From Flavobacteriaceae bacterium (GTDB taxonomy: Bacteria; Bacteroidota; Bacteroidia; Flavobacteriales; Weeksellaceae): a stretch of 63,455 bases of DNA. The notes below the pieces were generated by a model. The model was given only the letters and a program-made list of their open reading frames with translations, was not told where the DNA came from and ran no database searches. The stretch spans positions 1-63,455 of the forward strand of contig JABCOA020000021.1 of NCBI GenBank assembly GCA_013333875.2. The letters are read 5' to 3'. The position numbers were made by a program, and so were the translations under genes. Shown piece by piece: positions 49,242-58,323 of the stretch. Numbering within the stretch: the first letter of the stretch is position 1; each line of letters begins with the position of its first letter.

Positions 49242-49973
49242 ATGAAAGATTTTTATCCATGTAATGAGGATTTTAATAAAATTCTCGGTTTAGGTTTTTA
49301 TGATGAAATCAAAAGAACTGATTATCATTTGTTTTTAAAGGGGGAAGTTTGTGGAATATTTAATATTTCTATGAATGAATTGGATGTTCTTATTCAAAAA
49401 ATAGAAAGAATATCCAAAAGAGATGGATTTAAAAAGGGGTTTGAAAAATCATTTTTTGAAGATGAAGTTTCTGTTCTAGGAATGTATTTGCTTTGTCATT
49501 ACAATGAAGATGATGGCAATAAATTATTTGAAAAATATAAACCACTTTTCGTAGAGCAAGGATTAAGGTTTGCAATCAAGCTCATAGGAAATATTCCATC
49601 TGACAAAACAGAAAATCGCAATAGACGAAAGGGAACTATGTCTGGTGTAGATTATGAAGAATTGATAACAATGAATTCTGTAAAAAAGATTTCTGCAGAA
49701 TTAAAACAAATGAAAACAGATGTAGAAGATACTTCTCATTTTTTTTATCAGAAAAAAGTAGTTATTACGGGTTCTTTTGATAAATTTCCCTTAAGAGAAG
49801 AAATGGCTAAATTACTACATGAAGTGGGAGCCGATGTAAATTCTGCTATTTCAAAACGAACAGATTATGTAATTGTAGGAGAAGATGCTGGACCGAAAAA
49901 ATTAGAAAAAATAGAAGAATTGGGAATTGAGACTATTGATAAAAAAAGATTTTTAGAAATTTTTAATTTGTAA
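49242..49973 (+). CDS. protein with unknown N-terminal domain and C-terminal BRCT domain
   Basis: C-terminus KKVVITGSFDKFPLREEMAKLLHEVGADVNSAISKRTDYVIVGEDAGPKKLEKIEELGIETI matches the LigA-type BRCT pattern. Confidence 0.65.
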   Translation: MKDFYPCNEDFNKILGLGFYDEIKRTDYHLFLKGEVCGIFNISMNELDVLIQKIERISKRDGFKKGFEKSFFEDEVSVLGMYLLCHYNEDDGNKLFEKYKPLFVEQGLRFAIKLIGNIPSDKTENRNRRKGTMSGVDYEELITMNSVKKISAELKQMKTDVEDTSHFFYQKKVVITGSFDKFPLREEMAKLLHEVGADVNSAISKRTDYVIVGEDAGPKKLEKIEELGIETIDKKRFLEIFNL

Positions 49974-49975
49974 TG

Positions 49976-50006
49976 TTTGTGCAATAAAAAATCATTTGTA
50001 TATTTG
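49976..50006 (+). promoter_or_regulatory. Bacteroidota-type promoter
   Basis: TTTG (49976-49979), 19-nt spacer, TATATTTG (49999-50006). Confidence 0.5.
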
Positions 50007-50011
50007 CAACA

Positions 50012-50170
50012 GCGAAATAAAATAAGAGACAAGGGAGAGTCTTTATAAAATCCCATTTAATTTTAATTTTAATATAGGCTTAGCCTTGATAAGTAGTGGT
50101 ACAATTCCCTTGTGTCTTGTTTTGTTTCGCGACCCACGAAAGTCAAGGTTTTTTTGTTTTCGTGGTTTTA
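50012..50170 (+). ncRNA. candidate structured RNA / leader (family unknown)
   Basis: 25-position helix 50012-50036 with 50106-50130 (22 WC, 2 G-U, 1 mismatch); terminal hairpin 50134-50165 followed by U-run; promoter just upstream. Confidence 0.4.
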
Positions 50171-50198
50171 AAGGGAATTTAATTTAAATTTTTATAAA

Positions 50199-50450
50199 AT
50201 GCGAAGCAAAACAACAATTGCACAACCTGTGAAGCGTAGTAGCAGAGTGCTTAGAAGAGTAAAGAAAAATCTAATAGAGCCCGTAGACTTTGCGGAAGTT
50301 TTCGGGGGAAGCCTGCAGATGAAGTTGGTAGGGGGATGCTACTACTGCGGATTCCAGAATGAGGAGCAGAGAGCTCACGCCTGGGGCAGTTCCTTTACTA
50401 GAGCCTACAGAAATATGCTTAAAAACTTTCACGAAAAATATATGATATGA
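50199..50450 (+). CDS. hypothetical protein
   Basis: 83-aa ORF. Confidence 0.45.
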   Translation: MRSKTTIAQPVKRSSRVLRRVKKNLIEPVDFAEVFGGSLQMKLVGGCYYCGFQNEEQRAHAWGSSFTRAYRNMLKNFHEKYMI

Positions 50451-50698
50451 AAGGGAATAAAGAATATATAGAGGTTCAAGGGGCAAAACTATCAGAAGAA
50501 TGCCTGGAATATATCAAGCTGAACCAGCAGAATGAGAGTTTTGGCTTTAGGGAGCAGTTGGATAAGATAAACACTTATCTCAATAAACTCCTCACGGCAC
50601 ATCTTTATTTAGAAACAGAGGAAGAAAAAAAAGAAGTAATGGATGTTATCTACGGACTTATTTTTCTTCGGGATGATATCAATAAGTTTATACTATAA
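50447..50698 (+). CDS. hypothetical protein
   Basis: 83 aa, ATGA overlap. Confidence 0.45.
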   Translation: MKGNKEYIEVQGAKLSEECLEYIKLNQQNESFGFREQLDKINTYLNKLLTAHLYLETEEEKKEVMDVIYGLIFLRDDINKFIL

Positions 50699-50701
50699 CT
50701 T

Positions 50702-51022
50702 ATGGAAGATTACAAAGAAAAGATAAAAGAGCTGTTTCTGCGGTATTACAGAAACATCGGCGAGGAACAGGAAAAAACCTATCTTTCCACCAAAAAAATC
50801 CTAGAAATGGTGGGAGGGGTGATTCCCTCAAAGCCTATCAGCGAGCATGATATCTATGAATGCATGACGGATATGGGCTTTTACCAAGAGTTGGAAATTA
50901 CCTACGGACAGGTATGTATCTTTAAAGGAGATGAAGAAAAGGGCATTCCTGCTGAATACGATAGAGTCGAAGTAGACCGAGTGTTCAAATGGGTGGTCTT
51001 TGAAAAGAAACACGGAGTATAA
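50702..51022 (+). CDS. hypothetical protein
   Basis: 106-aa ORF. Confidence 0.45.
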   Translation: MEDYKEKIKELFLRYYRNIGEEQEKTYLSTKKILEMVGGVIPSKPISEHDIYECMTDMGFYQELEITYGQVCIFKGDEEKGIPAEYDRVEVDRVFKWVVFEKKHGV

Positions 51023-51027
51023 ACATT

Positions 51028-51070
51028 CGCCCAGTAATAGAATGAAGACTATTGCTGGGCGTTTTTTTTT
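51028..51070 (+). terminator. rho-independent terminator
   Basis: CGCCCAGTAATAG / CTATTGCTGGGCG stem (one G-U) followed by T9. Confidence 0.65.
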
Positions 51071-51086
51071 GTTGTAAATTTGGGAT

Positions 51087-51551
51087 ATGGAATACAGAGA
51101 TGAATTAGAAATCGCACAAAAAGCAGAGCAGATGCTCACAGGTGCTATTCGTAATAAAACCAATTCTTTTGCGGACCACTACAATGGGAAAAAAGAAGAT
51201 GAACCAAGTCTAAAACAGGCATCTGCTAAATCCTATGTGAAAAAATACGGCAGGAAGAAAGACGGAAACCAGCAGATTTTCTTGCGCAGGCTGGTTATTC
51301 GTATGGCTCGGCACGGCTTTGTCCAGCACTATGGTGTCAATAGTTTGCGTGCTGGTGGGTTTAGGAAATCCAAATTGGGGAATTCATATCACTATGATGC
51401 CCACGATATGGAGATGAGAGCCCAGCCATTCATAGGAGATGCTATCAAACAAAGTGATGTAGTAGAGTTTGTTTCCCAGAATGTAGCAGAACTCAGAGCT
51501 AAGAATTTCGCTGAAGAGCTTATATTTCCTATTTCTCATTTTGCCAAATAA
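51087..51551 (+). CDS. hypothetical protein (possibly head-tail joining)
   Basis: 154-aa ORF before the tape-measure gene. Confidence 0.45.
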   Translation: MEYRDELEIAQKAEQMLTGAIRNKTNSFADHYNGKKEDEPSLKQASAKSYVKKYGRKKDGNQQIFLRRLVIRMARHGFVQHYGVNSLRAGGFRKSKLGNSYHYDAHDMEMRAQPFIGDAIKQSDVVEFVSQNVAELRAKNFAEELIFPISHFAK

Positions 51552-51660
51552 AAATAATTGCTTATTTTAGAGGTGTGAAAAGCACAACTATCGTTTTATG
51601 AAGAAATTTTCGTAAACGAGAAATAACGAAACATTCATAACATTTACACTTGAACAATTG

Positions 51661-51687
51661 CGGACTGAGTTTTCAGTCCGTTTTTTT
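51661..51687 (+). terminator. rho-independent terminator just upstream of the tape-measure gene
   Basis: CGGACTGA-GTTT-TCAGTCCG hairpin followed by T7. Confidence 0.65.
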
Positions 51688-51739
51688 GTCCTTTGGAGAG
51701 AAACAGAAAAAATCAATCTTTGGGAATTAAAGATTGAAC

Positions 51740-54700
51740 ATGGCAAAGAATGTATCTACAACAATAGTTTTAAAGGTAAACGGAAAAGATGTTGAAAATT
51801 CTTTTAGAGGTTTAAGTAAAGAAGTCAGAAGTTTAGAAAACGAACTAAAAGAGCTCACACCAGGAACTGAAAGATTCATGAGAAAAGCTGCGGAACTCAA
51901 AGAAGTAAAAGAGCATTTTTCGAGAGTAAAAGGCGAGATTGATGCTGTAAGCGGCAGACTGAAAGAATCAGAAGGTTTTTTAGGAAAATTACGCTCCAAA
52001 CTTTCTGATGTAGGGCTTGGCTTTGGGGCTATCGGTGCAGGTTTGGCTGGTCTCCATTTGAAAAACACAGCAGAAGAACTGCTCAAAGTATCTGATGCTA
52101 TGGCGGATGTTCAGAAGACTACAGGCATGGCACTGGATGAAGTGAAACAGCTCTGGGAGGCTTTCGATGATATGGACACCAGAACCTCCAAGATGGACAG
52201 ACTGAAGATTGCCGAAGTGGGCGGTCGGCTTGGTGTTCCTAAGGAGGAAATGGCATCTTTCGTTCAGGAAGTGGACAAAGCATATGTTGCCCTGGGAGAT
52301 TCTTTCGATGGCGGTTTAGAGGGCGTGGTAGATTCTTTGGGGAAAATCAAAGGATTATTCGAGGAGACCAAAGGGCAGAGCTACGCCGATGCTATCAATG
52401 GCGTAGGTTCTGCCTTGAATGAACTTGCTGCATCGGGAACAGCCAGTGAGGGGAATATTTCAGATTTTGCCCTTAGGATAGGTGCTTTGCCCGATGCACT
52501 CAAGCCATCTATTGATAAAGTCTTAGGGCTTGGTGCAGCGTTTGAAGAATCTGGGGTGGATTCTCAGATAGCGGCTTCGGGATATTCTAACTTTATGAAG
52601 GTGGCAGGGGAGAACATCGGACTGTTTGCCCAGTCTATGCATATGTCCACGGCGGAGGCGAAAGAATTATTTAATACTAATCCAGAAGAATTTTTCTTAA
52701 GATTTTCCGAGGGAATGCGTGGTGTAGAAGCCACAAAGACGGTTGAGATTTTTGACAGCCTTGGGTTAAAATCCTTGGAGGTTCAGAAGGCAGTCGGTGC
52801 AGCTGCCAATAGAACTGATGAATTCAGAGCTGCTATGGAAAGGTCTGGTAAGGCTATGGCTGACGGAACTTCCCTTTCAGATGAATTTAGCAAGAAAAAC
52901 AACAACGCAGCCGCAATAGTGGAAAAGCTGAAAAATGCTTTTGCAGAAATGTTTACTTCTAATAATATTATCAATCTTTTTGAAGATGTGATCCGTGTGA
53001 TTGGCTTCATTACAGGTGTAACCAAGGAGGCGGGAGACGGCATAAGGGAATTTAAAGATAGGCTTGCTTTTTTAGCAAAAATCATCGGTGTGATGGTTAC
53101 TGCTATGGTCAGTTACAAGGCGGCAATGTATCTCATCGCTCTTTCTACCCAAAAAGCCTACCAGCAGACCATTCTCTATAATGCAGTCCAAAAGGCTAAA
53201 ATTGCAATAGAGTCGGCAGCAAAGGGCGTTTCTCTTTTGTATGCAGCTGCTAAGGCTAAATTAACAGGAAATACTGCTGGAGCAACTGCAGCAATGAGAG
53301 CTTTTAATATGACTACTAAAATGAACCCGATTGGTTTATTAGTCGCAGCTATAGGTGCAGCGATAGTAGCATATAAACTTTATCATAAGGAAGTAGATGC
53401 AGCTACACAAAAACAGAAAAATCTAAATGATGCTTTTGTAGAGGCAGAAAAAAGTATTGTTTCTCAAAAAAATGAGCTGGACCAGCTTATGAAAACTGCC
53501 AGAGACGAAACTTTATCCAAAGAACAAAGACTGGAGGCGATTAAAAAACTCAACGAAATTTCTCCAGAGTATTTAGGTTTCTTGAATTTGGAAAATATCA
53601 ATACTCAAGAAGCCACTAAAGCGGTCGATAAATACACCGAGCATCTCTTAAAAATGGCAAGAGTAAAAGCCCTTACAGCTAAAATGGATAAAATAGGAGA
53701 GCAGATTATTGATAAAGAAAACGAATCACTGGGCGAAAACCTTGGTTTAGTTGATAAAGCAGCTAATAAAATAAGTAATTTATTTGGAGGAAAAGATGTT
53801 GTAAATCTTGATAAAAATGAAGCTGTTCAATATCAAAAATGGCTGAAAGCTGTAGGAAAAAAACGAGCAGATGAGTTAAAAAAAGAATATGCTCATGTTT
53901 ATGAAAAAAGAAAACAAGATGTACAAGGTTTAACAGACCAGCAGAGAGCACTTGCAGAGGAAATAAAAAAAATACAAGGAGAGGAGGGTGGAACTGCTCC
54001 TGCTTCTAATAAGCCAGTAAATAGTGCTGTTGCAAATCCGACAAAAAACAAGACTCCCAAAAAGAATTCGGGAGAAGATAAATCCAAATCTGTTTATGAA
54101 AAATCATTAGAAGATAAGCGTAAATATGACAAAGAACTTCTGGACGCTCATAGAAAATACGAAGATGAAAGAGAAAAAATTCAGCTCGAAGGTTATGAGA
54201 AAGAAAAACGGCTTTTGGAAACCGAGCACAATCGGAATTTAGAAGATATCGAGAATCAGAATAAAGAAAAGAAAGATGCTATTGCTAAAGTGGAGCGAGA
54301 GATTTCTGACTTCCAAAAAGCAAAAGCAGGAGCAAGTCCTCAAGCCCAAAAAAATTATGATGCTGCGATTCAGAATAAAAGAGAAGAAATCGCAGTTATC
54401 AACTCCATTATTGCGCAGAATAATAAAATCAAAGAGCAGATGGAGCATACACATCAGTTGAAAATAAAAACGATTGATGAAAAAGCAGAGCTTGAAAAAC
54501 ATCAGCGTGATATCACAAACTTGCAGAAGGAGGCGGCTCTTATTCATGAGAAGAATGAGAATGAAATCACAGAAATTAAAACCATGGCGGAAGCAAGGGA
54601 AAAACTTGCTGAAATGGAATTTTTGAAACTCAGCGATCAAGAGTTGAAAAACATTCATACACTAGAAGACGCCAAAAAAGCATTGAGAGAAAATGCAAAC

Positions 54701-55849
54701 AGAGCTGCACTGCAGGCGCAGATAGAGCTTTTCAAAAAAGAGCAAAAAATATTGGAGGATTTACTCAGCAATCCAAATGTATTTTCTGAAAAATCAGTGC
54801 AGGAACTCAAAGAAAGAATAGCATCTATTACTACAGAAGTCAATAAATTGAATGCTGCCAAGAATGGAAATGAAGTAGGTGATGAATCCCAAATCCAGAA
54901 AGATGCCCGTAAGGAAATGGACAAAGTCGATATTCTTGGGTTTTCGGTTACACAATGGAGCGATACTTTCAAAAACCTAGACACTACGGAGCGCAAGCTT
55001 CAAGCTGTAATGATGGGCGTGCAGGCGTTGAAAAATGCATTTTCTCAGTTTTCTGAACTTCAGCAAAGACTTAACGAGCGAGAACTCAGAAGTTTTACCA
55101 AAGGGCAGGACAACAAGAAGAAAGAGCTTCTGCGACAGCTGAATGAAGGCTACATTAACCAGGAACAATATCATAAAGGTGTCCAGCTGTTAGAGGAGGA
55201 AACCGATGCGAAGAAAGCTGAACTGGCAAACAGGCAGGCTAAGATTCAGAAAGCAATGGCGATTGCACAGATTGCTATCAATACAGCTCAAGCAATTATC
55301 GGAATATGGGCGCAGGTTCCTAAGTTTGATTTTGGTATTTCTGCTGGGGTTCTTACTGGTGTAGTATCAGCTTTGGGTGCTGCGCAGATTGCAGCAGTTC
55401 TTGCTCAACCAGACAGTTTCGACAAAGGTGGTTTTACAGGCGGGGGCTTCGGTTCTCCTGATAGTTCTGGATTCAAACCAGCGGGAATAGTCCACGAGAA
55501 CGAATATGTCACTCCTAAATGGATGCTTCAGAATCCAGTGGTTGCTGATGTAGTAGACTGGATGGAAAGTATCCGAACAGGCAGAACACAAGCACCAAGA
55601 GGCTACGCAGAAGGAGGTTTTACGGGCGGAGGACAGACTTCGGGGGCAGATGCTCAGACTCCTGCAACTGCTCAAATGGTTTTAGGGGCGGAAATGCAGC
55701 CTCTTTTATCAGACTTGAAACAAGTGCTTTCCGAACTAAAAGAAAACGGAGTAGAAGCGTGGATGGTAGAGAACGCCGAAAATGGTAAAAGATTGAAAAA
55801 CGCAATAAAACAATTTGAAAATATAGAGAAAAGAAATGCGAGAAAATAA
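51740..55849 (+). CDS. tail tape-measure protein
   Basis: About 1370 aa; conserved TMP core near the N-terminus; TM segments; very long Lys/Glu coiled coil; Gly-rich C-terminus. Confidence 0.85.
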   Translation: MAKNVSTTIVLKVNGKDVENSFRGLSKEVRSLENELKELTPGTERFMRKAAELKEVKEHFSRVKGEIDAVSGRLKESEGFLGKLRSKLSDVGLGFGAIGAGLAGLHLKNTAEELLKVSDAMADVQKTTGMALDEVKQLWEAFDDMDTRTSKMDRLKIAEVGGRLGVPKEEMASFVQEVDKAYVALGDSFDGGLEGVVDSLGKIKGLFEETKGQSYADAINGVGSALNELAASGTASEGNISDFALRIGALPDALKPSIDKVLGLGAAFEESGVDSQIAASGYSNFMKVAGENIGLFAQSMHMSTAEAKELFNTNPEEFFLRFSEGMRGVEATKTVEIFDSLGLKSLEVQKAVGAAANRTDEFRAAMERSGKAMADGTSLSDEFSKKNNNAAAIVEKLKNAFAEMFTSNNIINLFEDVIRVIGFITGVTKEAGDGIREFKDRLAFLAKIIGVMVTAMVSYKAAMYLIALSTQKAYQQTILYNAVQKAKIAIESAAKGVSLLYAAAKAKLTGNTAGATAAMRAFNMTTKMNPIGLLVAAIGAAIVAYKLYHKEVDAATQKQKNLNDAFVEAEKSIVSQKNELDQLMKTARDETLSKEQRLEAIKKLNEISPEYLGFLNLENINTQEATKAVDKYTEHLLKMARVKALTAKMDKIGEQIIDKENESLGENLGLVDKAANKISNLFGGKDVVNLDKNEAVQYQKWLKAVGKKRADELKKEYAHVYEKRKQDVQGLTDQQRALAEEIKKIQGEEGGTAPASNKPVNSAVANPTKNKTPKKNSGEDKSKSVYEKSLEDKRKYDKELLDAHRKYEDEREKIQLEGYEKEKRLLETEHNRNLEDIENQNKEKKDAIAKVEREISDFQKAKAGASPQAQKNYDAAIQNKREEIAVINSIIAQNNKIKEQMEHTHQLKIKTIDEKAELEKHQRDITNLQKEAALIHEKNENEITEIKTMAEAREKLAEMEFLKLSDQELKNIHTLEDAKKALRENANRAALQAQIELFKKEQKILEDLLSNPNVFSEKSVQELKERIASITTEVNKLNAAKNGNEVGDESQIQKDARKEMDKVDILGFSVTQWSDTFKNLDTTERKLQAVMMGVQALKNAFSQFSELQQRLNERELRSFTKGQDNKKKELLRQLNEGYINQEQYHKGVQLLEEETDAKKAELANRQAKIQKAMAIAQIAINTAQAIIGIWAQVPKFDFGISAGVLTGVVSALGAAQIAAVLAQPDSFDKGGFTGGGFGSPDSSGFKPAGIVHENEYVTPKWMLQNPVVADVVDWMESIRTGRTQAPRGYAEGGFTGGGQTSGADAQTPATAQMVLGAEMQPLLSDLKQVLSELKENGVEAWMVENAENGKRLKNAIKQFENIEKRNARK

Positions 55850-56240
55850 AAATTCTTTCCAAAAATTCAAGGTCTTTGATAACGACCCGATGAATAAGCT
55901 TTGCGACCAAGTGATTTCCTTGGTCGAAGAGCTGACAAATGAAACGCCTGCGGTGTGTGGTTCTGTAGCGAAAGTATTCGGGGGGCAGCTGCAAGAAGAC
56001 TACACGCCGAAAGATGTAGATTTCGTAGTGAGCAGGTGGGCTTTCCGCCAATTACTATGGAAAATTCCTACTGAAATTACAGGTGTGAAAATGATTGAAC
56101 AAAATCCCAATAGAATAATTCTCTTTACGGATTATCGATATTGTATAGAGATATGGGTGCACAATGTGGTTTCAGAAAAAAGAGAGTTAAAAAAATATCA
56201 AAACGAAATTCTTTATACAGATTATGGCAAAGAAAATTAG
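55836..56240 (+). CDS. hypothetical protein with a minimal nucleotidyltransferase-like motif
   Basis: CGSVAKVFGG...PKDVDFVV resembles the G-S...D-x-D pattern of pol-beta-fold NTases. Confidence 0.35.
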   Translation: MRENKNSFQKFKVFDNDPMNKLCDQVISLVEELTNETPAVCGSVAKVFGGQLQEDYTPKDVDFVVSRWAFRQLLWKIPTEITGVKMIEQNPNRIILFTDYRYCIEIWVHNVVSEKRELKKYQNEILYTDYGKEN

Positions 56241-58320
56241 ATTAAAAAAGATTGCGGTTTGTGATAATTGGCAACTTACCTCGCAAAATGGTTATGAATG
56301 CGGCGGATACAAACAAGAAGACGCTCCTTTGGTAGAGTGGGATGTGAATCCTCCTACTATTGTTTTTGAATACATCAAAGGCAAAGGAATGCCCAGCCAG
56401 CAGACCAGCAGACTTATTTTCCCAGAATTAGACTTGTGGAATGATGCTCCATATAAGAAGTTTGTCTATAAAACTCGGGTGACTTATAACCTTGGCGCAT
56501 CGAACTGGTTAAATGTCAGCACCAAGGAAAAGATATTTAGAGAAGGGGGAAACAGCGGAAAGATTAACCCACGCCAAGCAGATGTTCTTTTAGATGTTAC
56601 AGGGCTTGCGGGACTGAGTGCGGGAAGATATTCAGCATCTATCATCTACGAGGCTTACGGAATAGATGACAGAGGCGGTGAACATTACATAGAGCCGAGT
56701 TCTGTTTCTGTGACTGTGAAATTGGAAGTTAAGCAGGGGCAGGCTTCTCCATCGGATTTGGTTACAGACAAGACCGATCTTGTTCTGACTTACAACAAGG
56801 CGACAAAGACCCTTAGTGGAGATACCAGGTTAGAAGTCCGCACTACGGAGCCTATTACTTTTAATATTACTCCAGATTGGGAGTCTTTTTATCCTTTTTC
56901 TTTGGATATTTTGAAAGAAACTGATAAAAGTGTTATACAAATATCAAAGTCTGCATATTCAGACACCACTCCAGTAGATTCTACTTATGAATTTCATGCA
57001 GAAATAAAAGCGGGAGGAAAGAAAAAAACAATTATAATTTTATTCAAAACTATTTCGGGGGAAGTAGTGAAGGATTTTGATTTTTCTCCAAGAATTTTTG
57101 AAGATACTTTAATAAAAGGGGTAGATTCTGCAAAAACTTTCACTGCAGATATCGTTAATACAAATAATTTAGAAATCAGAGTTTATTTTAAACCATCATT
57201 CATAGAAACCGCTGTAATAGAAGGTGGAAAACTGAAAATTACCACAGTAAAACCAGAGAGTCTTGCCGTGGGAGCTTACAGCGGAGAAATACTGCTTTCA
57301 GCAGGGACAATAGAAAAGAGTTTTTCAGTAAGGCTGAAGATAGCAGAGAGTTTAAAATCAGATTTTAGAGGCGAAGCCTATTATTTTGCTCTGGACAAGA
57401 ACAAGATAAAGATGAGCCAGAATAATCCTTTCTCCAGTTATGTGAAAATGAAATTGGAGATGTTTTTCAAAGGCTATCAGCAGGAATATCAGGAGGTTCA
57501 GGAGTATGAATATCTGTATTTCAAAAATGAAGTAGAGATTTTCCCTGGAGAGGAAATCCAAGATTTTTTTGCCAGATGCAGAGAGCTTTATCCACTGAAT
57601 GATGTGGGTCATCAGTATAGTTTCGCTTTGGTAAATATTACTATTACCGAGCATAATGCGGATGATGAACAGCTTTCAGAATACCAGATAAAGAATGTTT
57701 TCTTTGTTCCTGGTAGAAGACCGAAGTGCTTCCCGTTATTTACCAATCATCCTATGCGTAGAACCTATCCAGAATCTGTAATCCGTATCAGTGCAGATGC
57801 TATTTCGGAAAAGGCAGAATTTGTTCCGCTAATGAATATTTATCAAGGAGGAAAACCCGCTTTTGAGAAGAAAAACGAGGTTCGTTCTCATAATTTTATC
57901 CGAAAATTATTCACTGGAAAAGAGAATGAAATCATTACTGCTGGGGAGATTAAATATATTCCATTCCCAGAGGTTGAAAATCCGATTCACATTTTCTTTG
58001 AAACGGAGAACTTGGTGTTTGAGTGGTTCTCTGCTCACGATAAATATCGAATGATTTCTGAGTTTGAGCATTATTTTGATGCTGAAAACAAATTAAAATA
58101 CGGCAGCAAACGGAAGAAATCTTTAACAATCAATACAGGCTGGATTCTTCGGGAGGAAATTGCGCTGATAGATGACCTGCTGGGGTCTAATCTATGTTTT
58201 ATCATGATTGGCAATTTAAGGCTGAAAGCTGTAGCTGTGGGTAAGAAAAACGAAATGTATGATACCAGCGAATATCTGTATCAGATGGATTTAGAGTTTA
58301 ATGTGATAGAAACTATGTAA
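56224..58320 (+). CDS. tail protein (distal-tail position)
   Basis: 698 aa, follows the TMP. Confidence 0.45.
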   Translation: MAKKIRLKKIAVCDNWQLTSQNGYECGGYKQEDAPLVEWDVNPPTIVFEYIKGKGMPSQQTSRLIFPELDLWNDAPYKKFVYKTRVTYNLGASNWLNVSTKEKIFREGGNSGKINPRQADVLLDVTGLAGLSAGRYSASIIYEAYGIDDRGGEHYIEPSSVSVTVKLEVKQGQASPSDLVTDKTDLVLTYNKATKTLSGDTRLEVRTTEPITFNITPDWESFYPFSLDILKETDKSVIQISKSAYSDTTPVDSTYEFHAEIKAGGKKKTIIILFKTISGEVVKDFDFSPRIFEDTLIKGVDSAKTFTADIVNTNNLEIRVYFKPSFIETAVIEGGKLKITTVKPESLAVGAYSGEILLSAGTIEKSFSVRLKIAESLKSDFRGEAYYFALDKNKIKMSQNNPFSSYVKMKLEMFFKGYQQEYQEVQEYEYLYFKNEVEIFPGEEIQDFFARCRELYPLNDVGHQYSFALVNITITEHNADDEQLSEYQIKNVFFVPGRRPKCFPLFTNHPMRRTYPESVIRISADAISEKAEFVPLMNIYQGGKPAFEKKNEVRSHNFIRKLFTGKENEIITAGEIKYIPFPEVENPIHIFFETENLVFEWFSAHDKYRMISEFEHYFDAENKLKYGSKRKKSLTINTGWILREEIALIDDLLGSNLCFIMIGNLRLKAVAVGKKNEMYDTSEYLYQMDLEFNVIETM

Positions 58321-58323
58321 ATT

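Noticed and set aside
50012-50130. Retron-like msr/msd (long a1/a2-type inverted repeat)
   Set aside because: No reverse transcriptase gene lies nearby, and the downstream ORFs are 83-106 aa. It is kept only as a generic structured-RNA candidate.
44400-51700. Direct repeats or a second att pair flanking the internal 7-kb block
   Set aside because: None was found by eye and no recombinase gene is present. This is not conclusive without a computational repeat search, so mobility of the block is not claimed.
51087-51733. Tail-assembly chaperone pair with a programmed -1 frameshift upstream of the tape-measure gene
   Set aside because: Only one 154-aa ORF is present. It is followed by about 180 nt of non-coding DNA with a strong terminator. 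No overlapping second frame or slippery heptamer was seen.
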